A DNA stretch of 63,964 bases, the filler included, from Rhabdomonas costata (taxonomy: Eukaryota), in the NCBI GenBank assembly GCA_019059605.1. It is 52 parts of 52 records of this genome, joined end to end, with 100 filler letters (N's around TTAATTAATTAA, not from the genome) between each part and the next. Parts side by side here need not be neighbours in the genome. Positions count along the whole stretch, not along the records: positions 1 to 1,133 come from JAHMHO010026966.1; positions 1,234 to 2,366 come from JAHMHO010026967.1; positions 2,467 to 3,599 come from JAHMHO010026968.1; positions 3,700 to 4,832 come from JAHMHO010026969.1; positions 4,933 to 6,065 come from JAHMHO010026970.1; positions 6,166 to 7,298 come from JAHMHO010026971.1; positions 7,399 to 8,531 come from JAHMHO010026972.1; positions 8,632 to 9,764 come from JAHMHO010026973.1; 44 more parts are not named here. One strand, 5' to 3'. The position numbers were made by a program, and so were the translations under genes. The notes beneath the pieces were generated by a model. That model was not told the origin of the DNA, did no database searches, and saw nothing but the letters and a program-made list of their open reading frames with translations. Shown here piece after piece: positions 1 through 11,287 of the stretch; the first letter of the stretch is position 1; the number at the start of each line of letters is the position of its first letter.

Positions 1-316
1 GTTGTGTGGGGTTGTTGGGAAGGCCGTGCCCTGGCTTCATTTTAAGCACGTTTCTGTGGTGAGTACAGGTGAGGGCTGCAAGGTGTTAATCAAGTGTTCT
101 GAGAGGATTGTAGGGCACCTACCTGTGACTCTGCACCCATCTTTGACGCCAGTGCGCTGGTCACCCTCATCTTGCTGGCTGCTCTCTGAATTGTGGCAGC
201 CTATTATATGAATCGTATTGCTCGATGGTTTTCTTGTGCTTCTCACTGCAAGCCTTAGACTTCCCCACCTCGCCTTACAACATTTCTGTTACCGTTGCAC
301 TCTGCATGGCTCTTAG

Positions 317-536
317 GACGCCTCTGGACGTGTGTCCTTGGCCGTGGGATTGACCTACTTCTCCGACTCCGCCTGTGCATTGCTGGCCGGGCCAACTTTT
401 GCGGCGGAGGCGATGGCTCCGAGCGATGTGCTGGACTCCGCCACGGCCACCACGCTGCTCCACCACTCCGCCCAGCACAACATGGGCCCACACCACCACC
501 GCCCTCCTGGAGCACAAGGCCGATGTCAGCGCGAAG
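317..536 (+). CDS. Ankyrin-repeat protein exon with an apparent +1 frameshift
   Basis: TTAG acceptor (315-316) and AAG|GTGAGG donor (537). Reads TLLHHSAQHNM, then after removing one G at about 484-486, AHTTTALLEHKADVSAK, matching the ankyrin consensus T-x-L-H..A...LL..GADVN. Confidence 0.65.
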
Positions 537-962
537 GTGAGGTGTTGTCGTCATGGGATGGCGGGCGAGTTAAGTCTACATTTGTGTTTTGCTGTGAAGG
601 AAGGCAAGAACTTCTTAGGTCCAAGTCTTCGAAGCACGAGAAAACCATTTGGTCCTGGGAAAGATGCAAGAGCGAAAGGCGCGGTCAATAGAATACTACG
701 TACGACCTTGGGCTTACTGTATTCTGGATAAGCATGTACCAATGTGTGTCTGAAGCAGTGCAGTCCCCAAAAAGAAACAATACCAAAATATTGGGACATT
801 TTATATGGGATACCTGATACTTGCTTGTTCTAGCTGCTTCCCACTTACAGGGATTTCATCATGTTCTGTCGTATGTTTCATTGCCATAGTCTGTTAGTTC
901 TGTGGGTTCGTTCTGTGGAGGGCTTTGTGTTGCCATTCAATGGTATGTTTAGACTCCTATGT

Positions 963-1124
963 GAAGTAAAAGTTCCTTTGGACAGCCTTCCTAATCCCAG
1001 TATTTGCTACGTTTTGCTCTGAAAAATGCATATATTAATGCATCTTGTCATATAAAAGCGCAAGTTGCGAGCAGAACTTTCAAATACTGGGATTAGGAAG
1101 GCCGTTCAAAGGAGCTTTTACTTC
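963..1124. repeat. 44-bp imperfect inverted repeat (MITE-like or fold-back)
   Basis: 963-1006 versus the reverse complement of 1081-1124 match at 41/44 positions, with a 74-bp AT-rich spacer. Confidence 0.85.
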
Positions 1125-1133
1125 CCCCACAAA

Positions 1134-1233
1134 NNNNNNNNNNNNNNNNNNNNNNNNNNNNNNNNNNNNNNNNNNNNTTAATTAATTAANNNNNNNNNNN
1201 NNNNNNNNNNNNNNNNNNNNNNNNNNNNNNNNN
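1134..1233. other. Artificial contig linker N44-TTAATTAATTAA-N44 (first of 51, about every 1232 bp; last at 62733-62832)
   Basis: Identical 100-nt spacer with a six-frame stop palindrome recurs between contigs of 1125-1134 bp, consistent with length-sorted contigs concatenated into a pseudo-scaffold. Confidence 0.99.
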
Positions 1234-2100
1234 TGTTTTTGTGGGCAACTGGGCACTCTCGTACCGCTGTGACGTTGCTGTGACGTTCTGCTAGTTGTCA
1301 GTTGTTCTTTCTGGTCATTTCTTCGCGTGGGTATGAGTTCCTCTGCTTTCGCTTGCACTCGCAAGTGTCTTGCAAGTCTTTTCCTCAATCCAGGCGGAGG
1401 GGTTGTCTCCTGCCACTCGCTTTGAGCCAAAGCACACTCACGGCAGCGAAATTGAAATACAGAGCACCTGCTCTTTCCGACATGGTAGCAGAGCCTTACC
1501 GCGTGCAGACGTTTCCACGCTCGCGTTGGCTTTCGTTGGGTGATTGGGGCTTTTTGTCAGCGGCTGCTTGAGCTGGAGACACTGCGAGAGCGTGAGCAGC
1601 GGGAATGCATTGCCTTTCGTTCGCAGGTCCCCTTCTTTCATTCTCTCTCTCATTGTATCACTCGCTTATGGTTGGAGGCATTAGATCAAACAAAGTAACA
1701 AACACCACTGCCAGTCATAACTATCCTATAGCTGTATATGTGTCTCGTGGGAACCGATGCAGGGCAATCATGCTTTCGACGGTTTTGGTTGGTCCAGACC
1801 TGGCCGAAATGGACTATGGCCTTGCAATGGCGGGATTGGGTTTCCCCCCAGTGAATCGACAGGGCAGCAACGCTAGTTGTCCGACCCACATTTGACCACA
1901 CAGCAAATTAGCCTTTCAAGAATGAAGAGACTATTCTCGCTGCTGCGTTCTTTTACTTCGCAAGAACTTCGAATATTGGCCCTGTACACAACTACTTCGG
2001 TGGAACGCCCTGCTCTCTGAGAAAACAGAAGTCTCTGAAATAAGCACGTGTTTCTGAAAAAGTTAACAGCACCCAAAATTTATGAAAAAAATTGTGTAAG

Positions 2101-2235
2101 GAAGGGCGTCCTGCTGCAATGCAGGCGGCTGCTCTGGAGGCTCAGGTCGCGCAGTTGACCGCAGAGAATGGGACACTGCGGGAGCGTCTGCAAGCAGCGC
2201 TGGACTGCAGCGCCCTTCTGCATTCCGAGCGAAAG
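2101..2235 (+). CDS. Possible coiled-coil exon of unknown protein
   Basis: GC-rich block after TAAG encoding heptad-like AALEAQVAQLTAENGTLRERLQAAL. The donor is uncertain (AAG|GC). Confidence 0.35.
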
Positions 2236-2760
2236 GCAACCCATCGCTCCTCCCACCGCACCCTCCCTCTGCCTCAGCCCTATTCTGGTCCTGCCCTGAA
2301 ACAGAATAACCACACACGCACATGCACATGCATGCCCCCCACACACACACACATTCACCAAAACAANNNNNNNNNNNNNNNNNNNNNNNNNNNNNNNNNN
2401 NNNNNNNNNNTTAATTAATTAANNNNNNNNNNNNNNNNNNNNNNNNNNNNNNNNNNNNNNNNNNNNTGTTCTCCACGAGGGGATAAAGACTGTCCCTGGA
2501 AGTGGCGTTTGCAGAGATGGCAACCACCTCTTTTGCGCTCCGGGAGCGCGTGCGCAAAAGAGAGTCGGCTCCTGTGTCCTATATTCAAGCTCATACAAAA
2601 ACGAGAAATGGAGAGATCAGCCACTCCTACGCGACCACTCAGAGTCAAACTGGCCAGCTCGTGCCGGCCAAGTGGTTCCACTTGGAACAACCCCTGGGTC
2701 GACAGAAAGCTCCCTTTCAAAGCTGCAGACCACATGACAACGACTTCCATTCGAGACTAC

Positions 2761-3079
2761 CTCTTGAACTCCGCCACTGGAGGAGGATTGAGCACGGGGT
2801 TGTTCTCGCTGTAGTCGATATCGCTGTGCGAGAAGAACTTCCCATGGGAGGCCCCAATCAGTGTCCCCGCCGGAGTTCGGAAGAAGACGAAGAGCCTTTC
2901 CTTGGGCCCCCTCAGAAGACCCCTCAGAAAGCTGCTAACCGTGTAGACGGTGGTGTAGGAAGAAATGCGGTGGGCAGCCAGCAGGTCCGTTGTGGGTACA
3001 CCATAATTAAGCTCCAGCTCTACTAAGCCCGTGTTGTCGTTGAAGAACTGCGGAACATTAAAAGCAGAGACGGCGACGG
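2761..3079 (-). CDS. Exon of a Cache-like extracellular sensor domain, probably of a receptor-type adenylate cyclase (absent from the ORF track)
   Basis: CATACAG acceptor and AG|GTAGTC donor. Open frame VAVSAFNVPQFFNDNTGLVELELNY...VSSFLRGLLRGPKERLFVFFRTPAGTLIGASHGKFFSHSDIDYSENNPVLNPPP. The SxFL...FxxxxxGxLIGAS pattern resembles Cache/PAS ectodomains; the link to a cyclase is inference. Confidence 0.55.
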
Positions 3080-3699
3080 CTGTATGAAGTGTCGACTGAT
3101 TGACTTTTCGGACTTTTCGGTGATGGGGGGGGGGGATTGAAGACCAAGATGCTAATTTGCGCTTATTTTATCTTCAATTGCCTACTTCTTTTGCCTACAA
3201 CTTTATATTGGCTAGTGTTCTATGTCCGTTTTCCGTCAGAATAATTTGACGTTTTTAGGGCCTCTTGGGGTCTTCACAGACGAGAAAAGGAAAGTTGTGA
3301 TGCAAGAAGGAATTTCTGGGCAGGACTGTGACTGGGCCAACAGAGGTCTCGGACAAGGAGTATCAAAAGTTTCAGAATTATCTGCGTTTTTTTTTGACAA
3401 GAGAGAGAGGCTTATGAAATGAGTTTTATTTAGTAACTCGTGAAGTATTGAGTATTGCCTTTTTTACATCTGTCCTACGCAGCCATGCTTGTCCCACATC
3501 AAACGTTGCAAACTTCACAGGAGTTCACACGAGAGACTCGAAGGCACCTACTGCAAAACGTCGACGATACTCCTCTTAACACACGCTCCCACCCCCACCN
3601 NNNNNNNNNNNNNNNNNNNNNNNNNNNNNNNNNNNNNNNNNNNTTAATTAATTAANNNNNNNNNNNNNNNNNNNNNNNNNNNNNNNNNNNNNNNNNNNN

Positions 3700-4832
3700 A
3701 AGACTGAACTGACACCAGTGAGAAACGACTCACATGATTTGCTTACATCCGGAACTGGATCCTTGCGATCATCGAACCACCCTCCTCTATACCTCACTTG
3801 CCATAATTCTCATTTGATATGGGCAATCCAACGCAGCAATTCACGTCCAACGCACAATGCACAATGCACAGCACAAAAGAAAAGCGAGGTGAGAGCATCA
3901 TTTCTGAGAAACCAGGATCATCACACTGGCATCACAGAAGGGAGTGTGAAGGACAAGGGATGAGGTCTGTATTTAGTGTGTATGTCTTCGCCTCTCTTAC
4001 ACGCTCTGCTCTCATCACTTCAGGTCATGTTCGCTTTTGCTGCATTGGCAGCGGTCCACTTCATTTTTGAGCGGGAAGGGAGGGGGGTGTCAAACGGCAA
4101 CGTCGAACAACAACCACACCAAAAAGTAAAATGGCTTAATTGCTAATCGGTTTAAGGATGTTAAAGGATGTTAAAGGATGTGTGAGAATTAACAGACCAG
4201 AAATTTTGTATTGCGGAACATTTCATGGGACTTTTGTAACTTTGCGCGGGAAGGGCGGTTCTCAAGGGATGGCAGATTAAAGGGACTGTGTTGTTTTGGT
4301 GACGAAAGACAGAGCGGGCGAGCTGAGAGAGAGGAACGCTGTATAAGGGGTAACGGGTGAGTTTTTGTGATCAAGCACACTAGAAACGATACATGAAGGG
4401 GGTTTTCGGGTGGCCCAGCCCACCGGCACTGCGCTGTTTAACGTGTTTAACGTGTTTAACGTGCTAAACCGTTGTACCCCCAAACCCATAAAAAATTCAT
4501 CGCACCCGTAAGGCAGTTTCAATGGGTAGAGAAAGATTGAGCAAAAGCAACGATTCGTACGTGCTCGAAGGCACTACAGGGCAACTGCGGCACACTTCTC
4601 CGCTCCGGTTTTACTAATATGATGATTCAATGACTTGAGTAGAGTCTGGCATGGGTGAGGCCACGCGCAGCATCGGGCAGTTTTCCCTTTCATTGGCATG
4701 AAGAGAAGACTGAACTGACACCAGTGAGAAACGACTCACATGATTTGCTTACATCCGGAACTGGATCCTTGCGATCATCGAACCACCCTCCTCTATACCT
4801 CACTTGCCATAATTCTCATTTGATATGGGCAA
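3700..4832. repeat. Contig with an exact 127-bp terminal direct repeat: 1006-bp circular molecule or collapsed tandem-repeat unit
   Basis: 3700-3826 is identical to 4706-4832. There are no WGA-type tails and no convincing ORF. Internal short arrays lie at 4148-4181 and 4436-4471. Confidence 0.9.
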
Positions 4833-4952
4833 NNNNNNNNNNNNNNNNNNNNNNNNNNNNNNNNNNNNNNNNNNNNTTAATTAATTAANNNNNNNNNNNN
4901 NNNNNNNNNNNNNNNNNNNNNNNNNNNNNNNNGGGGGGTGGTGATGGGTAAC

Positions 4953-5963
4953 CTTGCCGTGGGCATGCCCTTGGTGCTCTTGTATTGCTTCAGCTTTTCC
5001 ATGATCTCCTGCTTCCGTCCGGGGATTTCCTGCCAAGCACACGGAGCAGGCTTTCTCAGAAACACAACGGACGTATAAAAACGGTTTAGTCCCTATTTTG
5101 ATGTAGGGTTCACCACGAAAGCAGACAGATATTCGAACCGAATTGACAGAGGACACATGGGCAGGTCCTCCACCTGTATTTCTCCCACCGCAGGCACATA
5201 ATTTGCTGCGGGATGGTATGACCCCTTTTCAGGAGCGAGAAGTGTGTTGGGAGGAGAGGGAATCACAGTGAAGGTCGCAAGACCTTGGCCCCGCGGAATT
5301 TCAGCAAAACTGAGATGGGTTTGTGGTCAGAAGCCCGGACGTCCTTGTAGACCGTCAGCGGCGTTGCTTCCTGGTTCAAGAAAAACCGCAACGGGTGATA
5401 CTTCTTTGTTCCAGGGAAGAAATCGCTCCATCGGCGATATTCCTCTAATCGAGGGGAGCACCACGGGAAACGGAAAGGCATCACATAGAATTACCGAAGA
5501 AACACAGCTGCGTCTGCGGTTCAAATGCAGTTCGGCCAAAATTGCAAACGCAAAGATCGCATTCGCCGATCGAATCGAATTTCCTAGAGTTCAAACAAAA
5601 CCCCTTGGGTGGTATTGATTTTACACATCACCTTCGTTCCGAGGTATTGCACTCAATTCGGGATTGTCATCATTCACAACCACGCCTTCATACTGATTGG
5701 TATGGATGTATTGGCATCCTTTCGCCGGATTGGGGGATGTGTGATGGTCCAGCGTGTTCCACCGCTTCGCAGCTAGTGCGCACGCACACACACATTACCA
5801 CCACGGAGCCCTCTGGGGCCCACCACAGCACGCGGTCGGTGTAGGCCGGAGTGCGGCTCTTCTCTGATGTGTCGTAAGTGTCCGTGCCGTTGTCGTACCG
5901 GTAGCTCGGGGGAAACAACGGTGCAGCTGCAGTGAAGCCCTCGAACACGCCGCCCTCACGGAT
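4953..5963 (-). CDS. Inositol polyphosphate 5-phosphatase (synaptojanin/OCRL family), three exons: 5963-5799, 5370-5284, 5029-4953
   Basis: Signature motifs [26 protein letters not shown] and SDHKPI. The exons are joined in phase by GT-AG introns. Confidence 0.92.
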
Positions 5964-6685
5964 CTACGCACCAGTCACCCCCCCCCTCAGGGAGCATGAC
6001 TCAGACACGGACTAAGCCTTGTTATAGATGCACTCATCCACCACTGCGGACATCCAAAAAGTCAGNNNNNNNNNNNNNNNNNNNNNNNNNNNNNNNNNNN
6101 NNNNNNNNNTTAATTAATTAANNNNNNNNNNNNNNNNNNNNNNNNNNNNNNNNNNNNNNNNNNNNGGTTTTGGGGGAGAAAGCCAGGGGCAATGCTAACC
6201 GTTACAGTTGGCACCATAGAAAAGGGCTGAAGAGAGATAGACGGGCAAGGAGCTCTTCTGAAGATGGAGTAAACTTTGACAGCGCTCTCCAAATCCCTAT
6301 GCCAGATGATGATGCTTATGACGTAAGCAGTTTGGGTGTAGCGCGCCTGCAATGGCAAGCCGGTTGCTGAGCTTTGTCCGACGAATTGGGACAGCATCCA
6401 TGTAGGTGTGGAGGCCATATCCAAGAGGAGCGGTCAATGAATTTGCCATTTGCAATCCTCTCCCCATTGTCCACAGCACCCATCCGGAATCAGGTGACTT
6501 TCTCGACAGCGGAAGCAGCTATGACTGCAGATCACTGGGAAAGCGCTTTGCCTCTCTTTGCTACTCTTTGCCACAAGATTTCCGCAGGGCGTACTCTCTT
6601 CCTATTTTTAAGCAGCACAGGGTGCAAAAAGAGTGTTCTCTGGTTACGCAACACGCTCCACTCAGGCGTAGGGGGGAGGAGCCAC

Positions 6686-6736
6686 CTTATTTGAAGCTTC
6701 CAGCCTGCTGGCAAGGTTCACGCCATCACCGAGAAC
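6686..6736 (-). CDS. 51-bp exon of a class III adenylate/guanylate cyclase
   Basis: TCAG|VLGDGVNLASRLEASNK|GTGG, carrying the catalytic GDxVNxASRLE motif with Asn and Arg intact. Confidence 0.88.
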
Positions 6737-7805
6737 CTGAGATTGGGGACACAATGCGACACGTGGCACCACCTGCAAGGCTGCATTGCATTTGGATTCA
6801 GCGGCAACTTCAATCGGCATGCGAACAAGAACAGGTGCGGGGCCAGGTCGTGCATCTCCATTCTCCCACTCTCAGCGGTGAGGAAATTTCTTTTGTTTCA
6901 CAGCACCTCCACGGGGACGATTCCAAGAGCACGATTCCAATACAATTCAGCAAAGGCTGGGAGCTTAGATTAGCTCAGGTGGTGGGAGTTGTTTTTTTTG
7001 GGGGGGGGTTAACAATATATTGCGGTTTCAGAAGGCACAGAAGGCCAGAGGCCACGCTTTGGACGGACTTCGGTAACTCAATGACCCGCGAACGGTTCCC
7101 AGAAATTCAGTGAAATCCACTTTTCCGCACCGCCGAAACCCTGCGATGTGCTTTCAGTCTTGCTTGGAGAGAGAACAAGGAGGACGTGCCTGAGTCCCAA
7201 AACCCAAACTCGGACTCACGGAGCCCTGACAGAGGATGGAAACCACGTCAGAGAGATTTCAGCGCCATTCGCCAAACTGTGTTTAACCCCCACACACCNN
7301 NNNNNNNNNNNNNNNNNNNNNNNNNNNNNNNNNNNNNNNNNNTTAATTAATTAANNNNNNNNNNNNNNNNNNNNNNNNNNNNNNNNNNNNNNNNNNNNGT
7401 TGGTTGTTATTATGACTGCGCGTCTTCTCTTCTCCGGCATTTCAATTTCCGTTGTTCAAGTTTTCAGTTTGTGACCATGCATGAAGCAATCTGTGTGAGT
7501 ACGGTTCTTTTAGGGTTTGCTTTTTCCCCACTGTGTGGTTCGGTGGTGGCGAGGCTCATAACTGGCGTGGAACCCCAACGAGGCCGTGTGTTGCTGGATT
7601 TTTGTTTCAGGTGTGCTCAAACACCTGCCATAGAAAATGCAAGCTTAAGTGTACTCTGTGTACTGTGTACTATAAATGGCAACGACGAACGGGCAGAATA
7701 CCGCAAGCACCGGGGATTCTGGGCGCAGAGGGCAGTGCGCAAATGGGCATCTGAGCCTTTAGCTTCTGCTGTGGTGCGCATGCTCACACCTGAGCTCCTG
7801 TGCAG

Positions 7806-7988
7806 GACTCCACCCAGCTCTGGGACCACATGCCCCATGACATGGCCAAGGCCCTGGAGGTGCACAATGGAGTCATGAGGACGGCAATCCGAGAGTTCCG
7901 GGGCTACGAGGTCTCCACCTCCGGGGACAGCTTCTTCGTGGTCTTCCAGAACCCGAAGGACGCCCTGGACATGTGTTTCTCCGTACAG
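7806..7988 (+). CDS. Class III cyclase exon, kinetoplastid receptor/fungal AC type
   Basis: TGCAG|DSTQLWDHMPHDMAKALEVHNGVMRTAIREFRGYEVSTSGDSFFVVFQNPKDALDMCFSVQ|GTCAG, matching the STxLW...HN..MR......GYEVKTxGDxF pattern. Confidence 0.92.
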
Positions 7989-8792
7989 GTCAGCAAAGGC
8001 CCCATGGTTTCTTTGTTGGAAAAGCGCCATTGGGATTCGGGGTTCCTCCGCTTCGGTTGCAGTATTGAAGCGGGAAATTTGTAAAGCCTCCGATTTTCGT
8101 ACTCCTCAAACTTTTTTCTCGGTTTATTTTCAGTTTATTTTCCTTTTATACGGTTTTTGGGAAAGACGGGAAGGGAAATGCAATATTTTTTCTGCGCGGC
8201 AATTATTATCCTTGGTGTCAGGACATTGAGTGTATCTATCCCAAGGGCAAAATAAGAGGTGGGGGTAGATTCAGGGCAGGCCGAAAAGCAGAGAAAACAC
8301 CTCTAAGGTAAGTTAGAGCCCGTTTCACCACTCCTTTTTGGCTTCGGAATGTTTGAGGTGAGGTCAGGTTTACGTGCTGTTTCATTTTATCCTTTAGGGC
8401 ATCGTGGCTGTCGCCACTAGTAGCGCTTTCCATGTGCCCATGAAAAAGGAATTCACTGTCCCTCCTCATGTGTCGTTCTTTTGTTTGGACGTTTCTCCTG
8501 CATGGAAAGTGTGCCATCCCAACCAACCCCCNNNNNNNNNNNNNNNNNNNNNNNNNNNNNNNNNNNNNNNNNNNNTTAATTAATTAANNNNNNNNNNNNN
8601 NNNNNNNNNNNNNNNNNNNNNNNNNNNNNNNGTGTTGTTGGGGAAGGGTGCACATAGCCGGAGGATCGCTACGGCTTTTTAGGGCAACTGCGAAAACGCT
8701 GGTGCCAGGGGTTGTTTTGAATACACAATACTCACAATGTCAAGCGACTTGCTCTCTTGTATACTTCGGGGGTGACTCCACCTCTTTCGCAG

Positions 8793-8987
8793 GAGTCTCC
8801 CTTGGACAAGGACTTCCGAGAGCTCGACGCGCAGCTCCGCCGGGAGGGGCTGTACAGCGCGTCGAAGCTGTGGTTTGCGTACAAGTCGGTGACCACCATT
8901 GGCCTGGGCTTCGTCGCACTCTACCTCACAGCGGTTCTGCACCAGACTGTCCTGGGGGCCCTTGTCCTGGGGCTGATGTTTCAGCAG
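8793..8987 (+). CDS. Front-end fatty acid desaturase (delta-8-like) exon
   Basis: CGCAG|ESPLDKDFRELDAQLRREGLYSASKLWFAYKSVTTIGLG...GALVLGLMFQQ|GT. This is the segment immediately before the first His box (GWLxHD) and closely resembles my recollection of euglenid delta-8 desaturase. Confidence 0.85.
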
Positions 8988-10480
8988 GTTCCACTTTGGT
9001 TGCTTGCTTCTTTTTTCTTGTGTATGCATGTGTGTGACTCTCAAACTAATGCCTTTGCTTCCGTGACCAGCGCAATTGTCACGTGATTTCGTCACCATTC
9101 GTTCCGCTCATTCCGTTCTTTGGCTTTGTCACGGTTGCGGTATGTTGATTTTGTGTCGCCACTTTGGTGATCCATCATAACTCTTTCCTGGGAACCCATC
9201 TCTCCTTCCTTTCTCCCTTCCGGATGCCCTCTCCGCACTCCCTCCAGCCCATCTCTGACTGTCACATTTCCTTATCTTGGCAGTCTTCCGGCTCGGCGTT
9301 GCTCTAGCTGATGGCAAAGTTTTTTTTTAAGACTTCTCGGTTGTGTGGTGTGTGCTGTCCTTGTTGAGCGCCAACGTCCTCCCGGCACCAAGAGTGAGCA
9401 CGGCATTCGCTCACAGGGCATCATTTGTATCCTTTCTTTATTTAGTTCGGATGGCTCGCCCACGACTGCTGCCACCAGCAGGTTTGCCCCTTCTTCGTCA
9501 TTTGGTTGAGACTATTCGGAAACTATTTATGGGGCCAAGTTTCAGAGTCTACGTGCATCTGTGCTGTGAGAGTGAGAGTATCAGCTCAGGGGACTCGCAG
9601 TGCTACCATAATGGAACTGGATAACCATATCGAGCATGTTTGTTCAGACGACTAAGAACCGTTCCTTCTCAAGACAAATCCAGCGCCATCATTTCAGGCC
9701 GCCGGCGGAAGCCGGTTTCTCCATTGGGGTCCTGCGCTCCACACACTCCCAGCCAACACCCCCCNNNNNNNNNNNNNNNNNNNNNNNNNNNNNNNNNNNN
9801 NNNNNNNNTTAATTAATTAANNNNNNNNNNNNNNNNNNNNNNNNNNNNNNNNNNNNNNNNNNNNAGTGTTGGGTGTATTTGGTTTGGGGGTAGTGCACCC
9901 CCCATCCTCCCACCCTCATGTCAAGATCCACCCTGAAGCTGATGTCTGATGCCGTACTCCACCGTTACGCATTACCCCCTTGCATGGCGTCGCAGACCTA
10001 GCACACCTCCTGTAATTGTGTTGCAGCACAGCAAACGGAATTGTGCGCGCTGCATATGTCAGACAAAATTTGGAAGAAAAAAGAAATTGAATGCCAGTGA
10101 GTGAACCCAACGTTCCTGGCGAGCCAGCTCGTTCACTTATGCTTACGACGCTTGCAGGGTGCGTTGGAGCCTCTCCGCTGCCCAGAGGGGTTTTTGGCCA
10201 CCCCTTGGACCCCTTGGGAAGCAGCTCAATGGCTTATTTGTGAGAACGTTAAGGTGAACGAGGGTCATTGTGGTAGTTGGCTCTTCGTCTGGTGATTCTT
10301 CAGCCTTCACCGTGAAGAGCATGCGCGTGCGTGTCGTGGGCTGTGGGGCTGGTAATGTATGTCTGTTAGACGGAGGATCACCTCCGGATTACGGCTATGG
10401 CGCCGTTCATCGCAGGAAAGCTTTCAGGGGTGCACCCAATCGGCGGGTCAAGCACCGTAACAGACGCACTGAGAGGTAAC

Positions 10481-10940
10481 CCAGACATCTCGGAGAACTG
10501 CACCGAGGGATTGTCGAAGTAGTGCCTCTCAATGCAGTGGGGGTCCTGGTGGAACACCACCTGTGGGAGTCCGTAAGTAAAAGGCGAGGCATTCAAGTGC
10601 AGGGCATGGAAGAAAGATTATGGTATCAAGGACAGGTGGCAAAGCGATGCTGAGGCAAAACATTACCATTGAGCAGTCCGATTCTGAATGATTCTTGAAT
10701 GCCAGCGTGAATATTTCGTGAGGGCACTTGCAACGAGTAATACGACAGCACAGAAGGGTCCCACACAAAGCGACAAGGATACTTTGCAAAACGCCTGCTT
10801 GCGCCTTCTCACATCTATAAAAGCACAAAAATGTTCCCTCCTGGTGGTAAAAAGAGATGTGAGAATACCTCCACGGCGCACTCTTGGTCCCTCAGGTTGA
10901 CCGTATGGACGGACCAGTCCTCGTTCACCCCTGTGATGTC
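10481..10940 (-). CDS. Unknown protein, two exons (10940-10869, 10560-10481)
   Basis: GC3-rich exons joined in phase by a GT-AG intron: DITGVNEDWSVHTVNLRDQECAVE|VVFHQDPHCIERHYFDNPSVQFSEMS. Confidence 0.55.
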
Positions 10941-10994
10941 CTGGAGGGACCAAGAGTGCGCCGTGGAGGTATTCTCACATCTCTTTTCACCACC
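10842..10994. repeat. Terminal fold-back inverted repeat (about 55-bp arms), likely amplification chimera
   Basis: 10842-10896 versus 10940-10994 are near-perfect reverse complements. The arm duplicates part of an exon and its splice donor. Confidence 0.9.
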
Positions 10995-11287
10995 ACCNNN
11001 NNNNNNNNNNNNNNNNNNNNNNNNNNNNNNNNNNNNNNNNNTTAATTAATTAANNNNNNNNNNNNNNNNNNNNNNNNNNNNNNNNNNNNNNNNNNNNTTT
11101 TTGGTTGAAGTTCTTTGCGCCATTGTCACGGCACAAGCGAACTTTCCAAAGGCGCAAAGAACTTCAAAGAAAAAGCAAATCCCATCCCTTGGACCTTTTC
11201 ATGTGACCACTGATAATGACAGAACTGGTGTGGGTTTTTCTTTGGGTGAAAGGGCAGAAGAGGGTGAGGGAGAGGGGGCTCAGTCAC

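Noticed and set aside
3880-3975. U3 snoRNA-like boxes (CATCATTTCT, GAGTGTGAAG) and kinetoplast CSB-like words in the circular unit
   Set aside because: Only partial matches, with wrong spacing. No canonical C/D pair in this stretch and no exact GGGGTTGGTGTA.
6406-7113. 235-aa plus-strand ORF
   Set aside because: No recognisable motif or codon bias. It is antisense to a clear cyclase exon and its introns.
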